From Perkinsus chesapeaki ATCC PRA-425 (taxonomy: Eukaryota; Protista; Perkinsozoa), in contig JAAPAO010000352.1 in NCBI GenBank assembly GCA_013115145.1, positions 1-37,118 of the forward strand: a stretch of 37,118 nt of DNA, read 5' to 3'. Below, one piece after another: positions 1 to 12,200 of this stretch. A program made the translations under genes and the position numbers. The first letter of the stretch is position 1. The number at the start of each line of letters is the position of its first letter. The notes under the pieces are model-generated. The model was not told where the DNA came from. It searched no databases and worked only from the letters and a program-made list of their open reading frames with translations.

Positions 1-268
1 TACGGTTTTGGAGCTTGGATTTCCCCATCTTGCTTGGATTACCACACATAGCTTGGCTTACAGTGGTCAGCCCATAAGCGATCCGCTGCTAGCGGTTTAC
101 ACAACGGCGGAACAACTCCGCTTCAGCACGTTGTTTCACTTCCATTGGCGACTTGCAACCCCAGTTCGTCTCATTGTTATCTCTTAAGGGCTTGGCCGTT
201 TGCTTACTCGCGGCGGGTCGTTCGCATCGCGAACACAAAACCTCGAGAACTCAAGAAGAAAAAAATGA

Positions 269-358
269 GTGACACGACAAACTGTTGAACTGAAGAAGCA
301 AGACACAAACATTGTGACACGACAAACTGTTGAACTGAAGAAGCAAGACACAAACATT
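269..358. repeat. Tandem duplication of a 45-bp unit (2 exact copies)
   Basis: gtgacacgacaaactgttgaactgaagaagcaagacacaaacatt at 269-313 and 314-358. Confidence 0.95.
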
Positions 359-521
359 CTTGAAATGTGTTCCCTGACAGCTTCTGTCATTGGGACACAC
401 CTTCACAAAGGGCGATAGCCCATGAATGAGGAAGATTACTTGATTGAACTACGATGTAGAACGAGTGCCAAGCGCAATCGATCATGATAATAAGTAGCAG
501 ACGCCCATGAGGAGTACATCT

Positions 522-2142
522 TTACACGCATTCTTCACCGGGGTCCAACTCCTCAGCTAAAAGCGGGTAATATGCCTGCCTTAAAATGCCACACTCGCCT
601 AAGGTATCATCGAAATGCTACAAACTTATAAGGTTTACCATCACCGCCTTTTCCACGAATGATCCTGCCATAGCCTTTCATGCCCCAATCCTCACCCCAA
701 GAATTCTTGAATTCCCAATACCTACACCGCAAGTAACGCACGATAGACCATCTTCACTGTCCCAACCCACTTGATGCCTTTGTCATCCTCACCATAGCCA
801 GTTATGAGAACGCTATGGGAAGTCTTTGAGGAAGGGCACGCATCAGCTGAGGCGACGGGGTCGGTAAGATGACAATGTCAAATGAAATACTCACACTTAT
901 AAATACCACCGGTATAAGATTTGAAGTCGGCAGGATATGCATTGAGTATGGCGGATACAGGCTGTTGAGCAACTCCCTCGAGCATCTCTTCGAGATCGCC
1001 TTCTTTAATCGGCCACCAACCAACCAAGTCACCAGGCTGATCGTAGCAAATGTTCACCTCAACGCTATGCCGACTACTCACTCTGAGGCATTGCTTATGG
1101 ACATCTTGTGTGATTTTCGTTTGACAAGTACCAGCCACAGCCTTATATGGATAAGAAGACTCTTTCACAATTCCACGCTCTTCAATATAATGATAAGAGT
1201 TCACTTGAAACCCTCCTTTACAGCCTCTGACAAATACACAGCAATAAAACGTCTTCATAGTGTAAATCCTCTATGGGTGATAAGGTCACTCACTCATTCC
1301 CAAAGCTTGAGCTGCAGTCAACAATCTGTTGGACCGATAGATCTACTAACTTTTTTTTCTTGATCTGGAAGATGCCTTCGGTGGCCTCTGAATGGAACAC
1401 ATGTCATCGAACAGCTTGAGTTTGGCGCATGGGCACAGCCTACTCCGCGCAATAGGTTTGCTTACCAGTTGTCGCCATAGCATAGCAGCAACCACATCCA
1501 TTCTGTTTACGAACTGGAGTGACCGCTCCAGCAGCCCTCCAGTCAACTTTGGCCGGTGGCGCCAATTTTCTCAATCTATTTTTGTGAAGGATACCTGATA
1601 GATTGAACCTCATGTATGATCATCACAACATGATAGCTGGACTATCATAGTTCTCAGTGAGAACTTCTCACCCTCGGTAGAGTTAGGATTGATCATTTTA
1701 CCAGTTTTAGGGGAAATACCATCATTACAAACTAGCCTATCTGTGAACTCTTCATCAGTCAGAGCAGCGAACTCTGTTATTCCTAGCTTAAAAGTGTAAT
1801 CTGAATAGATAGAAGTCCTTATCGAATGGTATCCAGCGAATACTGACTGCCCGCTCACTTTTGGCATTGACTCTCCGAATGTGAGCTAAGGTCTTCCTGA
1901 ATATCTTCAGTCTGCGAGCATCCTCATCGGGGCCGAAATGAAGCTTATACCTGCGAGTCCGAGGCGGACCGAGGGTACAAGCGTAAGACGCCTTAGGCGA
2001 GCTCGCCTATAATCAGCGGCCTATCCAAAGCCTACTTGTATTTGTATTTCTCATATGCTTTATAAGCACTGAGCTTGCCAAACACTAGGGGAATTTCAAA
2101 GACGTAGCTAGTGAGCACGAGCAGCAAACTGGTCCATATCAT
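522..2142 (-). CDS. Papain-family (C1A, cathepsin L-like) cysteine protease, multi-exon, with signal peptide and I29 prodomain
   Basis: Spliced translation gives [10 protein letters not shown] (signal), [17 protein letters not shown] and [16 protein letters not shown] (prodomain), [24 protein letters not shown] (catalytic Cys), [25 protein letters not shown] (His), [17 protein letters not shown] (Asn), GECGI. GT-AG introns are phase-consistent where traced. Confidence 0.93.
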
Positions 2143-2363
2143 ACTTAAGGGTGAGAGGTCTACGGGTTCGACTATAGAATGCATGCTGGCAGGGGACAAA
2201 TTCTCTGTCACGTATTTTGGCTAATTGTCCCTAAATTAGGCCATGATGCCACCAGACGGCATTGCTATGTGATGGATGGGGCCGGTAGAGGTGGCCAAAG
2301 AGAAGAGGTTTTCTGCTTTGCTTTTGTCGAGCGTCTCCAGTGAAGTTGTCGAGAGCTCTCCTT

Positions 2364-2396
2364 GAAAAGGGTGACCGATGATCGGTCACCCTTTTC
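2364..2396. repeat. Perfect 16-bp inverted repeat (33-nt palindrome)
   Basis: GAAAAGGGTGACCGAT-G-ATCGGTCACCCTTTTC. Confidence 0.9.
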
Positions 2397-3139
2397 CGGT
2401 TGAGCTGGTGCTGTAACTATGTAAAGGAGTAGACAGTATGTATCTGTTGGAGTATTTATTGGCGTAAGCTAGATCATTCTATGTGCACTGGTTTGAGTTT
2501 GGCTATGCTATGATTTCAGTATAGTTTAGTCAGTGTAGGGAGCTGAGAATGGTTATCTTTGCACTGTCCTTTGTAGTTGCGCAGTTTGCTATTAGCTATG
2601 TGATCTACACAGTTGCACGCATACGTTAGGGTTTTCTGCGCCCTTAATAAGCCTTGGGTTATAAGTTCTTGCTGGCACTCAACAACTACACCGTACACAG
2701 CACTATACTGTAGTTCAGACTGAGCTGTTCAGTGAATGTTGCAGCTTCCAGCTAAAGCCGGCTAGCTGCCCTCTTCTACCCTTGCTTGTGTGCATCAATT
2801 GGGTTGCCCAATTTGGGTTGCCCCGCATGACTCGCACAGCTGGGCAACTCGGCAGTGCCGGATCGGCACCAGTGTTACCGTGTCACCAGTTTCACTTGGA
2901 GTGTTATTGAGACCACCAGCGTAAACGGCCTCGTCACTGAGTCACTGACAGTGACTCTGAACGCCACCGCGACGTAGCTCAGCTACGGTAGCTGTTTTAA
3001 GCGGAACATCAAAAACCCTGGATCTGCATGACTTGCCCTTGAACAGCAGAGATTGAACATCCGCTCAACTTCGAATATCGCATGACGGTGCGGCAGAGGA
3101 CACATTTGTCTCCCGTTCCTCCACCCTTTATTAACGTGA

Positions 3140-3485
3140 TCATTAGTCACGATCAGCCTGATGACTTGGTTTGTTGGCGCCGCCAACCTGGCGGCCGATT
3201 GAAGAAGGCGACCCCGGATTGATGGTAGCGGGAGTCGCGCAAGAGCCTGTATCTGCCACAAGTCAACGCCTACCCTGCTGATTTCCTATACAGATGCTAT
3301 TCATAACTGTGACTGTTTTACTTGATATTACGATAATATTGTTATCGTCTTACGGTTGGACGCTTACGGTCTTACCATCGCTTCAACTAATGTGTGCCCT
3401 TCCTCAAATACGAAGGGTTTTCCCATAGTCTTCCCATAGCGTTCTCATAACTGGCTATGGTGAGGACGACGAAGGCATAAGTGAG
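3140..3485 (+). pseudogene. Decayed partial inverted paralog of the cysteine protease
   Basis: acgatcagcctgatgacttgg, gcctgtatctgcc and ttcccatagcgttctcataactggctatggtgagga closely match the reverse complement of about 780-1040. Indels break the frame and intron positions are retained. Confidence 0.85.
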
Positions 3486-4168
3486 TCGAAACTGTGAAGA
3501 TGGTCAGTCCATGTTTTTTGCGCAGCCCTACTCTATGGTGTCTCATCAGCCCAGAGCTCACAGCTCTTCACTAAGACACAAGTTATTAATAATAGCTTTT
3601 TATACTGGGCCCGTCTAGGTTACACCTTTTATCTACGAGTTCGCTTAAACGATATGTTGTCTAGCTGTGTTATCATGTCCGTCGGACTCCGTCCATTGAG
3701 GGAGATAGTGTCTTCTGGTTTGAGGGAGTTTCTTGTACAAACAAGTTGTCTCTACGGTATTGAAGAGCGCCGAAGTTTTTAATGAGACTTGATCAATAGA
3801 CTGACTCTTGATGTATCTCAAGATTGGCTAATCAGTCAAGATCTGTTACTTCGGTGCACGCTAGACTTTCATGCTCCAAGGCATAGTGTTAGTATGCTGT
3901 CAGTCATTCGGAGGTCGTGGTGATAAGTACTAGTGACAATGCCTTTGGACTATAGATTGAATCTATTAGATTCCAAAGACTATAGATACGTTTAGACTAT
4001 AGGCTGTAGATAGACAAGTTCATCTTTGAGGGTATGAGAAGTATTCCGGGAGCGGCCTCGCGTGCTCGCCGTCAAGCGGCTTCCTGCCTCCGGTGCCTGC
4101 GAATATGACGTGCTTCCCTCGAAGAAGAGCTACTTTTGGCAAGAATCTCGCCGCGAAATGATTCCGTC

Positions 4169-4205
4169 GGCAACAGTAGTGCGCTAGAAACGCACTACTG
4201 TTGCC
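4169..4205. repeat. Perfect 15-bp stem hairpin with 7-nt loop
   Basis: GGCAACAGTAGTGCG-CTAGAAA-CGCACTACTGTTGCC. Confidence 0.9.
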
Positions 4206-4658
4206 TTAGCATGCTGAATCATCGGTATAGCTTACAGAGTCGATCGCTGCTCCGGTCTCCCCCCGGAACTCCGAGACTTTTGGCCGCTCATCACCACTCG
4301 TTGAGATAGTGCGCATGTCACGCGACTCGTATGACCGCGTGCGCCGCGCGTCTACGTGCATCGTGCACTGGCTCTGTTTGATGTCTCATGTCCCAGCGAG
4401 GTATATTGCAATTTGAAACAGGCCAGTTTGCTATTCATTTGTATTAATCGGCTAGAGACGAATAGTACTGTAACAGGCAGAGCGAAACTCGAATGCATTC
4501 GACGCTGGCACCCTGGTTCAATCCCTGGTGGTGACGTTTTCGAATTGTTATCGGAAATCTCGCTCGCCACGATATGCGCATTCCCATTATCGGGAAAAGA
4601 TATCTTGCCCGTTGGTGATGCAACGTTCCTCTTCGAGTTATTTTTTCTGATAATTATA

Positions 4659-6179
4659 ATGTCTACTAACTTTGTGAGAACTGATCCTGGTGGGCTTCTG
4701 GATATTCCAACTAGCTCTTTACCTCCTCCTGGTCTCAACATCTCCAAGGATGGCCGTAGTACTAGTCTCTCATCTGAGGGCTGTTCCTTGGTATCTGGTG
4801 CCAATCTGCAAAAGCAGATAGAGTGTTCAATGCCATCTGATTGCCCTCCTGATGAGCTTACATCTGTTATGTGGCGTAATATACCCAATCGATACACTTA
4901 CGAAATGCTTGTCCAAGTAATGAACCAACATGGTTTTGAGTACGGCAATGATCGACAGTATCATAGTGTATATTTGCCTTGGGATGACTATAACAAATGT
5001 AACCGTGGTTATGCATTTATCAACCTAACATCTAGAACAGTTGCTGATAGGTTTATGTCTGTATTTAATGGTTATCAATGGCCAAGGAACACAACCAGAT
5101 CAAGCAAGACAAGCTGTGTCACTTGGGCTACTACTCAAGTCAAACACTTCAGTTTCGATGATTCATCTGGTGATGGTCAGCCAGATGGTGAAATAACAGA
5201 CGGTCGTTTTAGAGCGTCCAGCTGCAGTACTATTACGGGTGGTAACAGCAATACTAATGGTGATGGTCATCGGTCTGCTGATATACAGCTTGATGAAAGT
5301 ATCAATATGCCTGCTAATTACGTAAATCCTCCGCCAGAGAACACGGTATTTGTTGGTGGTTTATCTCCTGCCATTAACACAGCTGATTTAAAGGCTCTTA
5401 TGTCTCGTCAATTTGGTCCTGTAATAGACTGCGAGGTGAAACGGTGCCGCAGTACAGGAAAAAGTCGCTGTTTTGGTTTCTGCAGTTTTGAGAGCTCATC
5501 GTCGGCTGTTGCCGCGGTTAATGCAAGTAACTCAGCTCTACAAGGGAATCCATCGGCAGGTGGACTGTTAAGGCATTTGGGCTCCAGTGCTCGAGTGAAG
5601 CATTACGAGCAGATACCGAGGAGATCATACCCTACAGTAGATGCTACTTCCTCTAATGGTGTTCAACAGCTTGGCATCGGCCATCACTACACCGCTGAAG
5701 CATATAATTATTACGCTCCCCGTGGTGGTAGAGTTGATTGCCTACCAGAGGTTATGCGCTCAGCATCGTCGAGTACAACCGCTCCAACAAGTGTTGGAAG
5801 TAGCCCGACTGTGTTCCCTTCAACCATCGATTCCGGTGTTGTTACCGAGAATGACGATAGAGGAATTGAGACGATTCTTGGAGCTGATGGTAGCAACCAT
5901 TTTGCTGATGAATTAAACCTTGATTGTCTCCGTAACATTTCTGGTGATAATATATTAATTGATAACAAACGTGAAGGTTTGGCTAGAGCAGCTTTTACCA
6001 GTGGCGGCTGCTACTATCTTTATGCTAAAGATATAATAAATAATCCGTCTATCGATGAATCCTATCGAACTCCTTGGGAAGCACCTACTGCAATGGGGAC
6101 GGCCGGTCCTCGTGTTTATGATGAAGATGAGGGTGAAGTAGAGCATGTCACTGCCGATCCTGATTGTGCACAGCAGTGA
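4659..6179 (+). CDS. Mei2-like RNA-binding protein (Mei2-type RRM plus a canonical RRM), intronless
   Basis: TSVMWRNIPNRYT...VYLPWDDYNKCNRGYAFINL (Mei2 RRM3-like) and TVFVGGLSP...KSRCFGFCSF (RNP2/RNP1). The ORF is open from 4356, but ATG 4659 is the more likely start. Confidence 0.85.
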   Translation: MSTNFVRTDPGGLLDIPTSSLPPPGLNISKDGRSTSLSSEGCSLVSGANLQKQIECSMPSDCPPDELTSVMWRNIPNRYTYEMLVQVMNQHGFEYGNDRQYHSVYLPWDDYNKCNRGYAFINLTSRTVADRFMSVFNGYQWPRNTTRSSKTSCVTWATTQVKHFSFDDSSGDGQPDGEITDGRFRASSCSTITGGNSNTNGDGHRSADIQLDESINMPANYVNPPPENTVFVGGLSPAINTADLKALMSRQFGPVIDCEVKRCRSTGKSRCFGFCSFESSSSAVAAVNASNSALQGNPSAGGLLRHLGSSARVKHYEQIPRRSYPTVDATSSNGVQQLGIGHHYTAEAYNYYAPRGGRVDCLPEVMRSASSSTTAPTSVGSSPTVFPSTIDSGVVTENDDRGIETILGADGSNHFADELNLDCLRNISGDNILIDNKREGLARAAFTSGGCYYLYAKDIINNPSIDESYRTPWEAPTAMGTAGPRVYDEDEGEVEHVTADPDCAQQ

Positions 6180-6968
6180 GGTGTTACTATTGCTACCAAG
6201 GGCAAGATGATTATATTGGCAGCATATCTCGTGGAGCATATTGTTTATCATCTATCGGATATTGGATGATACAATAATTATATGATAGTAGCAATTACCG
6301 TCTTTTCTGGTATAATCATTTCTACGATCAAGTAAGGTGCTCATTGTTAGTACCTGTTTAGTAGCGTTTTTTTGTGCCAATTCGCCTGTGGTGTGATGAG
6401 AGGCGCGTAGCTGAGTTTTTGATAGAATCCTTTTTACCATCTGTTATCATATATTACACTAGTATTCTTAATCGTCGTCATTATTATTATGGAACATTGT
6501 ATCAGTATACCGGGTCATTCCTACTTACCATCACCATCATCGAGTAATTATATCACGACTATCAATCCTCGCCATATGTTTTATTTTACATTAGTATGAC
6601 TTGGTGATGGTGTGGATATAGATTGTATTAGTAGTATTCGTGGTTTAAGTATGATGGATTATCTCGAGCGTTTACCAAAGACGGCGCTGAACTTATTATT
6701 AAAACTACTACAGTAGTTGTAACTGGCAGCGAGATGTTGGTATTAAGAGATGATTTACGAAGAGATGATCAAATTATTTCAATTCGATCCTGTGTTGAGT
6801 TGTTAGTAAATAGTACAATTAATTTATATAGAATATACAGTATGATTACTAGAAGGTATTATAGCAGAGATGGATGAATGCGGTGCATACACTTTATCAG
6901 AATACCCATACGTTAATACTTTTATAAACTCAATAAAGGGGCTATTGAAACTTGGTAAAGCTATGAGT

Positions 6969-8903
6969 TTAAGCAGTAGTCTCGGTGGCAGACTTGGGCA
7001 GCTCTACAATCTTACCAATAGCAATAGTTTTACCTAATAAAAGCGTAATTATAACAAAGATACCTATCCTACCTTCATCTCGGAGAGTGAAACGACCAAG
7101 TTGAGGAGTGTGCTTGAATGTATCCACGCACACCTTATTGGTGGTCTCGATGACACCTGAATTAAATGAGGGAAGAATGATAAGTGATGGCTGAGCTACA
7201 TAGGAGCATCTGGCCAGTCTTGGCGAATCGAGGACGCTTTTGTTTAGTCTTCTTTTGCTTATCAACACACTAAAAAGGTCATATTATTCATAGTAAAACA
7301 GCTTGTTGATTTTACCTCTAACAACTTTGTGATGGTACATTCCTCAATGGCGGTATGGACGTGAAGAACGGCAGTGTAACCGATTGTAATGATTGGTCTG
7401 TTGGATAAATTAGCCAAGCAATGATTTAGAGTACTTGCACTACTTGTGCTCTAGAAGATCAGTGATGACAAGCTGAGCTTGGAACTTCTGGACTACTGGG
7501 CAAGGATTCTCGATAGCAGAGAGGACGAAACCTACGAAGAGTATGATAGCTAGAGGTGTCAGAAAAATGCTACCCTTTTGAACCTGCTCCTCGTCGACAT
7601 TCTTCAACTTGAGCCTCACATCCTCACCTATTAAATGACAAATGCTTTAATGAGGCGTTTGGAGACATTACCGGGATTAGCGTATTTGTATTCATCATCT
7701 TCAATGTAGACGGACTGAATCTCGGTAATTGTTTTATTAGGCAGTATTATACACTGCTGACCTGATAATAGGGAATATTCTGACACCTCTAGCTGCCGTT
7801 TCCTACCAGGACATGCCTTTCCTTGCTCTATCTTTCCCATAGCAATAGTTCCCATATCTCTGTAACCATCAACAATTGGCACACGAAGAGGGTCCACAGC
7901 ATCTCTAATGAGATCATCATCATCACGCCAACACGCCAATCCCTTCCGCTCACCTTGGTGGAGGATTAGCGTTATCCAACACCTTGAAAAGTGTAGGTCC
8001 CTTATACCAATCCGAGCCAGGTGCCTTCGGTGATTCCTTGAGATTCTCTCCTGCGAGCGCCCAACTAATATTTTTCTGACACCTCTAGCTACCTACCCTT
8101 GAGTCCGGAGATAGGCAGGAATTGCACATCATCTTGGCTCTTGACGTTGAAACCGCAGCTCTTGAGGAAAGGAGTAAGCTTGTCAACAATCTGGTCATAA
8201 CGGTCCTTCGACCTGTATTAATACCATATTTCCCTCAACTTTCCTCCTAATATTACCAGTTCACTGTAGGATCGTCCATCTTGTTAACAGTAACAATAAG
8301 CTTATTAACACCCAATGTCTTCGCCAACATAGCATGCTCTCGTGTCTGGCCGCCTTTATCAAATCCAGTCTCAAATTCACCTAACTTCGCCGTCACTTCC
8401 CTCCCCACCACCCAGCCTACCCTTTCTTGCTGATATCATCAACACACCAATGTCGGCCTGTGCTGCACCAGATATCATATTAGGAACGTAGTTTTTATGA
8501 CCCGGGGCGTCCAATATAGTAAAGCGCCTGTGTGGCGTCTCGAAATGCGCCCGACCAACCTACCCAACCAATTGCTGCTAATCTCCCATTGGCACGTATC
8601 CCACCTCAACAGTGATGCCCTTCGCCCTCTCCTCCTCGTTGGTATCCATAATATAGGCAAGGAACCACGACTCACGATTCTTATCTTTGGCTTCTCGCTC
8701 GAACTTCTCAATAGTACGGTTGTCCACCAAACCTAAACCCGTCCATACAAGCCCTCCTGCTGTCGCCAAGCCTCACCGGAAAGATACATAATATTTCCGC
8801 AAGTGGTGGATTTGCCAGCATCGACATGACCGATGAACACGAGGTTGAGATGAGGCCTCGGATCAGGCTCCCTCAGATTACTCTGGTTATCAGACGACGA
8901 CAT
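6969..8903 (-). CDS. eRF3: Eukaryotic peptide chain release factor 3 (eRF3/Sup35/GSPT), short N-terminus
   Basis: [105 protein letters not shown]-like C-terminus across GT-AG introns. Confidence 0.92.
7547..8091. repeat. Three intronic copies of AGCTAGAGGTGTCAGAA (17-22 bp) in both orientations
   Basis: 7547-7568 (+), 7778-7794 (-), 8070-8091 (-). Copies 1 and 3 are an exact 22-bp inverted pair. Confidence 0.9.
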
Positions 8904-9234
8904 CAGAATAAAACACCGCTAGACGGAGGAGAAGGGAGGGGAGAGGCGTTAAGGCATCCCGGTTGCAGACAAGACAAAATCGATCAGAATGGCGAGCGCG
9001 ACTGTCGCAGATCAGAAGGCACAGGTTCGATCCGCGGCGAGAGTATTTCCCGACTTTAAACGCAATAGTTTTGATATTATTGTATTTTTCCTTTCTTTAT
9101 GAAATTGAGCGAACTACTTCGCCACAAAGGACATTGGCATTATCAACAGAGATTGTACAGGGCGGAAAGTACTAGTAAAGTAGAACGAAAATTGATTGGA
9201 TAAATTGTTGATTATTTATATAACTACAACAACA

Positions 9235-12200
9235 CTAAGAGGAATCCGGAGCGGTCGTAGAGCCAACTGTTGATGATGGGCTCTTAGGCTCATCATCTTC
9301 ATTAACAGGACGACAAGAGATATCATAAAAGAAATGAGCGATCTCCTTGGTAGCTGGACGGGAGTCTTGCCAACCAACCCATGCGGGGGGCATACCAACA
9401 AAAGCATGTCGTGAATTAGGATATATCTGAATAACAACAACAACTAGGGGATATGTTAACATGACGTGCTGCTGCTGCAACCAGTTAGTATTGATACTCC
9501 TTCCTATGGAACGCTGCCCTCTGCCAAGTGATTTAATTGCGTTGACCGTGTAAAGTAATACTCAGTTTTATCAGCATGCATAACTTATGGGAATGTGATA
9601 TGGTAAATAATAAAATTTGATGATTGTACTAGCCGATAATGGATTTTAATAATCATCTAATATCTTACCAAGTTTCCATGTCATACAGGATCTAATGCGT
9701 TAACCAGACATTGTCACACACAAAGCGGCAACTAAACCGCCGTTTGGTCCAAACGTCGAAATATAATGGAAATGAGTACAAGTGTATATCAATTGGAAAT
9801 GAGATAGAGAGGCTTACTTTCATAGTAACTCGAGCTCCACGTTTGCGGAGATACTCATAAGTAGCCTTGGTGCTGTTAACAAGGATATCTTTACCACCGC
9901 ATTGCAGGTTTATAGGAGGAAGACTCCAAGCTGCTCTGGGAGGCATCTTTTTGATAGCATCCAGGAATTGTGTCGGCTGTCCCTTTTTTAAGTTGGGGTT
10001 ACCAGCGTACCTATTATCAAATAATACCATGGTATAACAGGTTCATCCAACCACATCACAGGAATATACCAAAAAAAGCCCTTATGCAGATATACAATAT
10101 AAAGTAGACAATCATATATACTATTTTATACCAATATTAAATTAATGATTGTCCTCAATGGTGTGGATACTTAATTCCTTTATATGGTCATCTCCTTACA
10201 TTCTCATCGACGCTTCAATGGCGAACTCGCTTATTGCTTGTTCATTAGCCGATATCGACTTGACTCGTCCACAGTGTGTGGCATGCCAAGAGTGAGCATC
10301 CAATACACCGTACCTGCCAATAGCCAACTCACTGATAATACCACCTTCCTCCGGCGGCGCTTACAACTAAATGCGAAATCTGATATGAATCAGATAAGAG
10401 ATAAACTATAATAAGATATAGAAATAGATCTAGAGCATTTTCCGTAGATTCGAGTCATATTGTTTTTGACACTAACAAAGTAACAGATAAAACAAAACCG
10501 ATAAGTATTGCGAGAAAGCCAGGAAAGATTAATTACTATAATTAGACAGCTACTATGAAATGCTGTAAATGGTGGATTCCTATTTATTACGGACATGGAG
10601 AAGAGTCACATAAGGAAGGTATCCCAAGAAGGAGGTCACAAGCTGCTTTACTTACACAGATGCAACACCAAGTATGTGTGGGAGCTGTGATGGATGAATA
10701 GGAGAATAACAACAACCACAAGAGAGCTCCGGCATATCTGAAAAAGGGTGAAGACACGATAATGAGGGTTATGGTACCGAAGCCTTCTGAAGCCCACAGT
10801 GTAGCCATCAATGCTAATGAAGCGCCGGCACTGTCACCCATTATACATATATTATCGAAACCTGAAAGAATACCCAGAAGAGTTGTAGGAAATATGGTAT
10901 GAAAGGCGGGTGTAAGTCCTATCTAAATCAAAGCTTGATCGAATAGCATAGTTCCACTCATCGAACAAGTTGGATTCTTCTGTTTTTTTCTGTCTTATGG
11001 TCATTAGCGTGTGTTAGCCGTGGCTCATATCGAGTCCCGAATCGCTGTAGCCTATCATGAGTTTGATTGGTTTGCACTGATTGGATATTTCATGCCTGTG
11101 TCGGATAATTGATTTCTGCGCAGAAGATTCTTTTGGATTAGCGCGCACCCGCGGATATTGGAAAGTAGGCTATCGGATATTTGAGATGCACGAATTGGGC
11201 GGATATTAGAATGACCGTATTCGCAAGATATTGCACATGACCGAATCGGATAAATGGGTGCTGGTCGGAAATAATTGTGACGCGCCGGATATTTGCCTGC
11301 GGTATCTCGGAAATAACAGTGCGCATGTCGGAAACATGACCGGGAAATGCTGTAGTTTCCGCGAATTACAATATTCAATCATACAATCCAGTTTAGATTA
11401 TCTACGACCTATATCACGTGTGTAAAATGTGAAGGCTTATTCATGTATATAAACGATATACCGTATCCCAGCATATTGTCACAGCGGTTTAGGCCCTCTT
11501 TTACCCAATTGCTCCTTCATGAACTTCATCGCTTGCATTGTCTAAAACAGCATTGCTGATCAGAATCAACTAAGGACACTTACTGATAACAAAGGACATG
11601 GATATGGATGTTCTGGACTGAGAGGATAGTCAATGGAGTATATGGTGAAATTATATGGCGCGCGGGAAAATGCGGTCACACTATGCAGCATAACTGCTGA
11701 ATTGGCAGCCACAAACCCTCCGCCATGAATATATCTGAAATAACATTGATAGTGCTTATAATTTCGCGGCGCGTGACGATATTACAGAATAGGTATGGTT
11801 GCTGCCTCTCCTTCCTGAACGGAATGGGTGGGGCGAATTACGTCGATTGTTTGTCTTTTTTCGGGACCGTAGCGATACCTATTTAGAATACAAGGAATGA
11901 TATAAAAAGGGGGACTATAATATGAAGGAACCTTTCTAGTTCCTCCCAACTATTCCAACATCCGTAGGCTATAACCGCCTCCTTACAGAGACGAGTATAA
12001 AAGGCTTCTCTATGTCAAGAAGTATCTTTTAACCATAATTTCACACGCTAATTTACCTGCCTCGGTACTGCTTTAACTATTTCAGAGTAGCCCACTCCAC
12101 CCCGTTTATATTATTACTCTTTGAAAGTGACGGTACAGTCCTTTGCCGGAGGTATAGCGCCATCCTGCGCTTCTACACCACCAAGACAACCACTAAGTCG

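Noticed and set aside
269-358. Repeat pair considered as a CRISPR array
   Set aside because: Eukaryotic context, two abutting copies and no spacers
4356-4658. In-frame upstream extension of the Mei2-like ORF
   Set aside because: The translation is not protein-like and starts at a non-ATG codon. Probably 5' leader or intron.
10800-10810. GTAGCCATC, a partial match to the Perkinsus/dinoflagellate spliced leader
   Set aside because: Only 9 nt and inside a coding exon on the opposite strand. No full SL or SL relic was found in the window.
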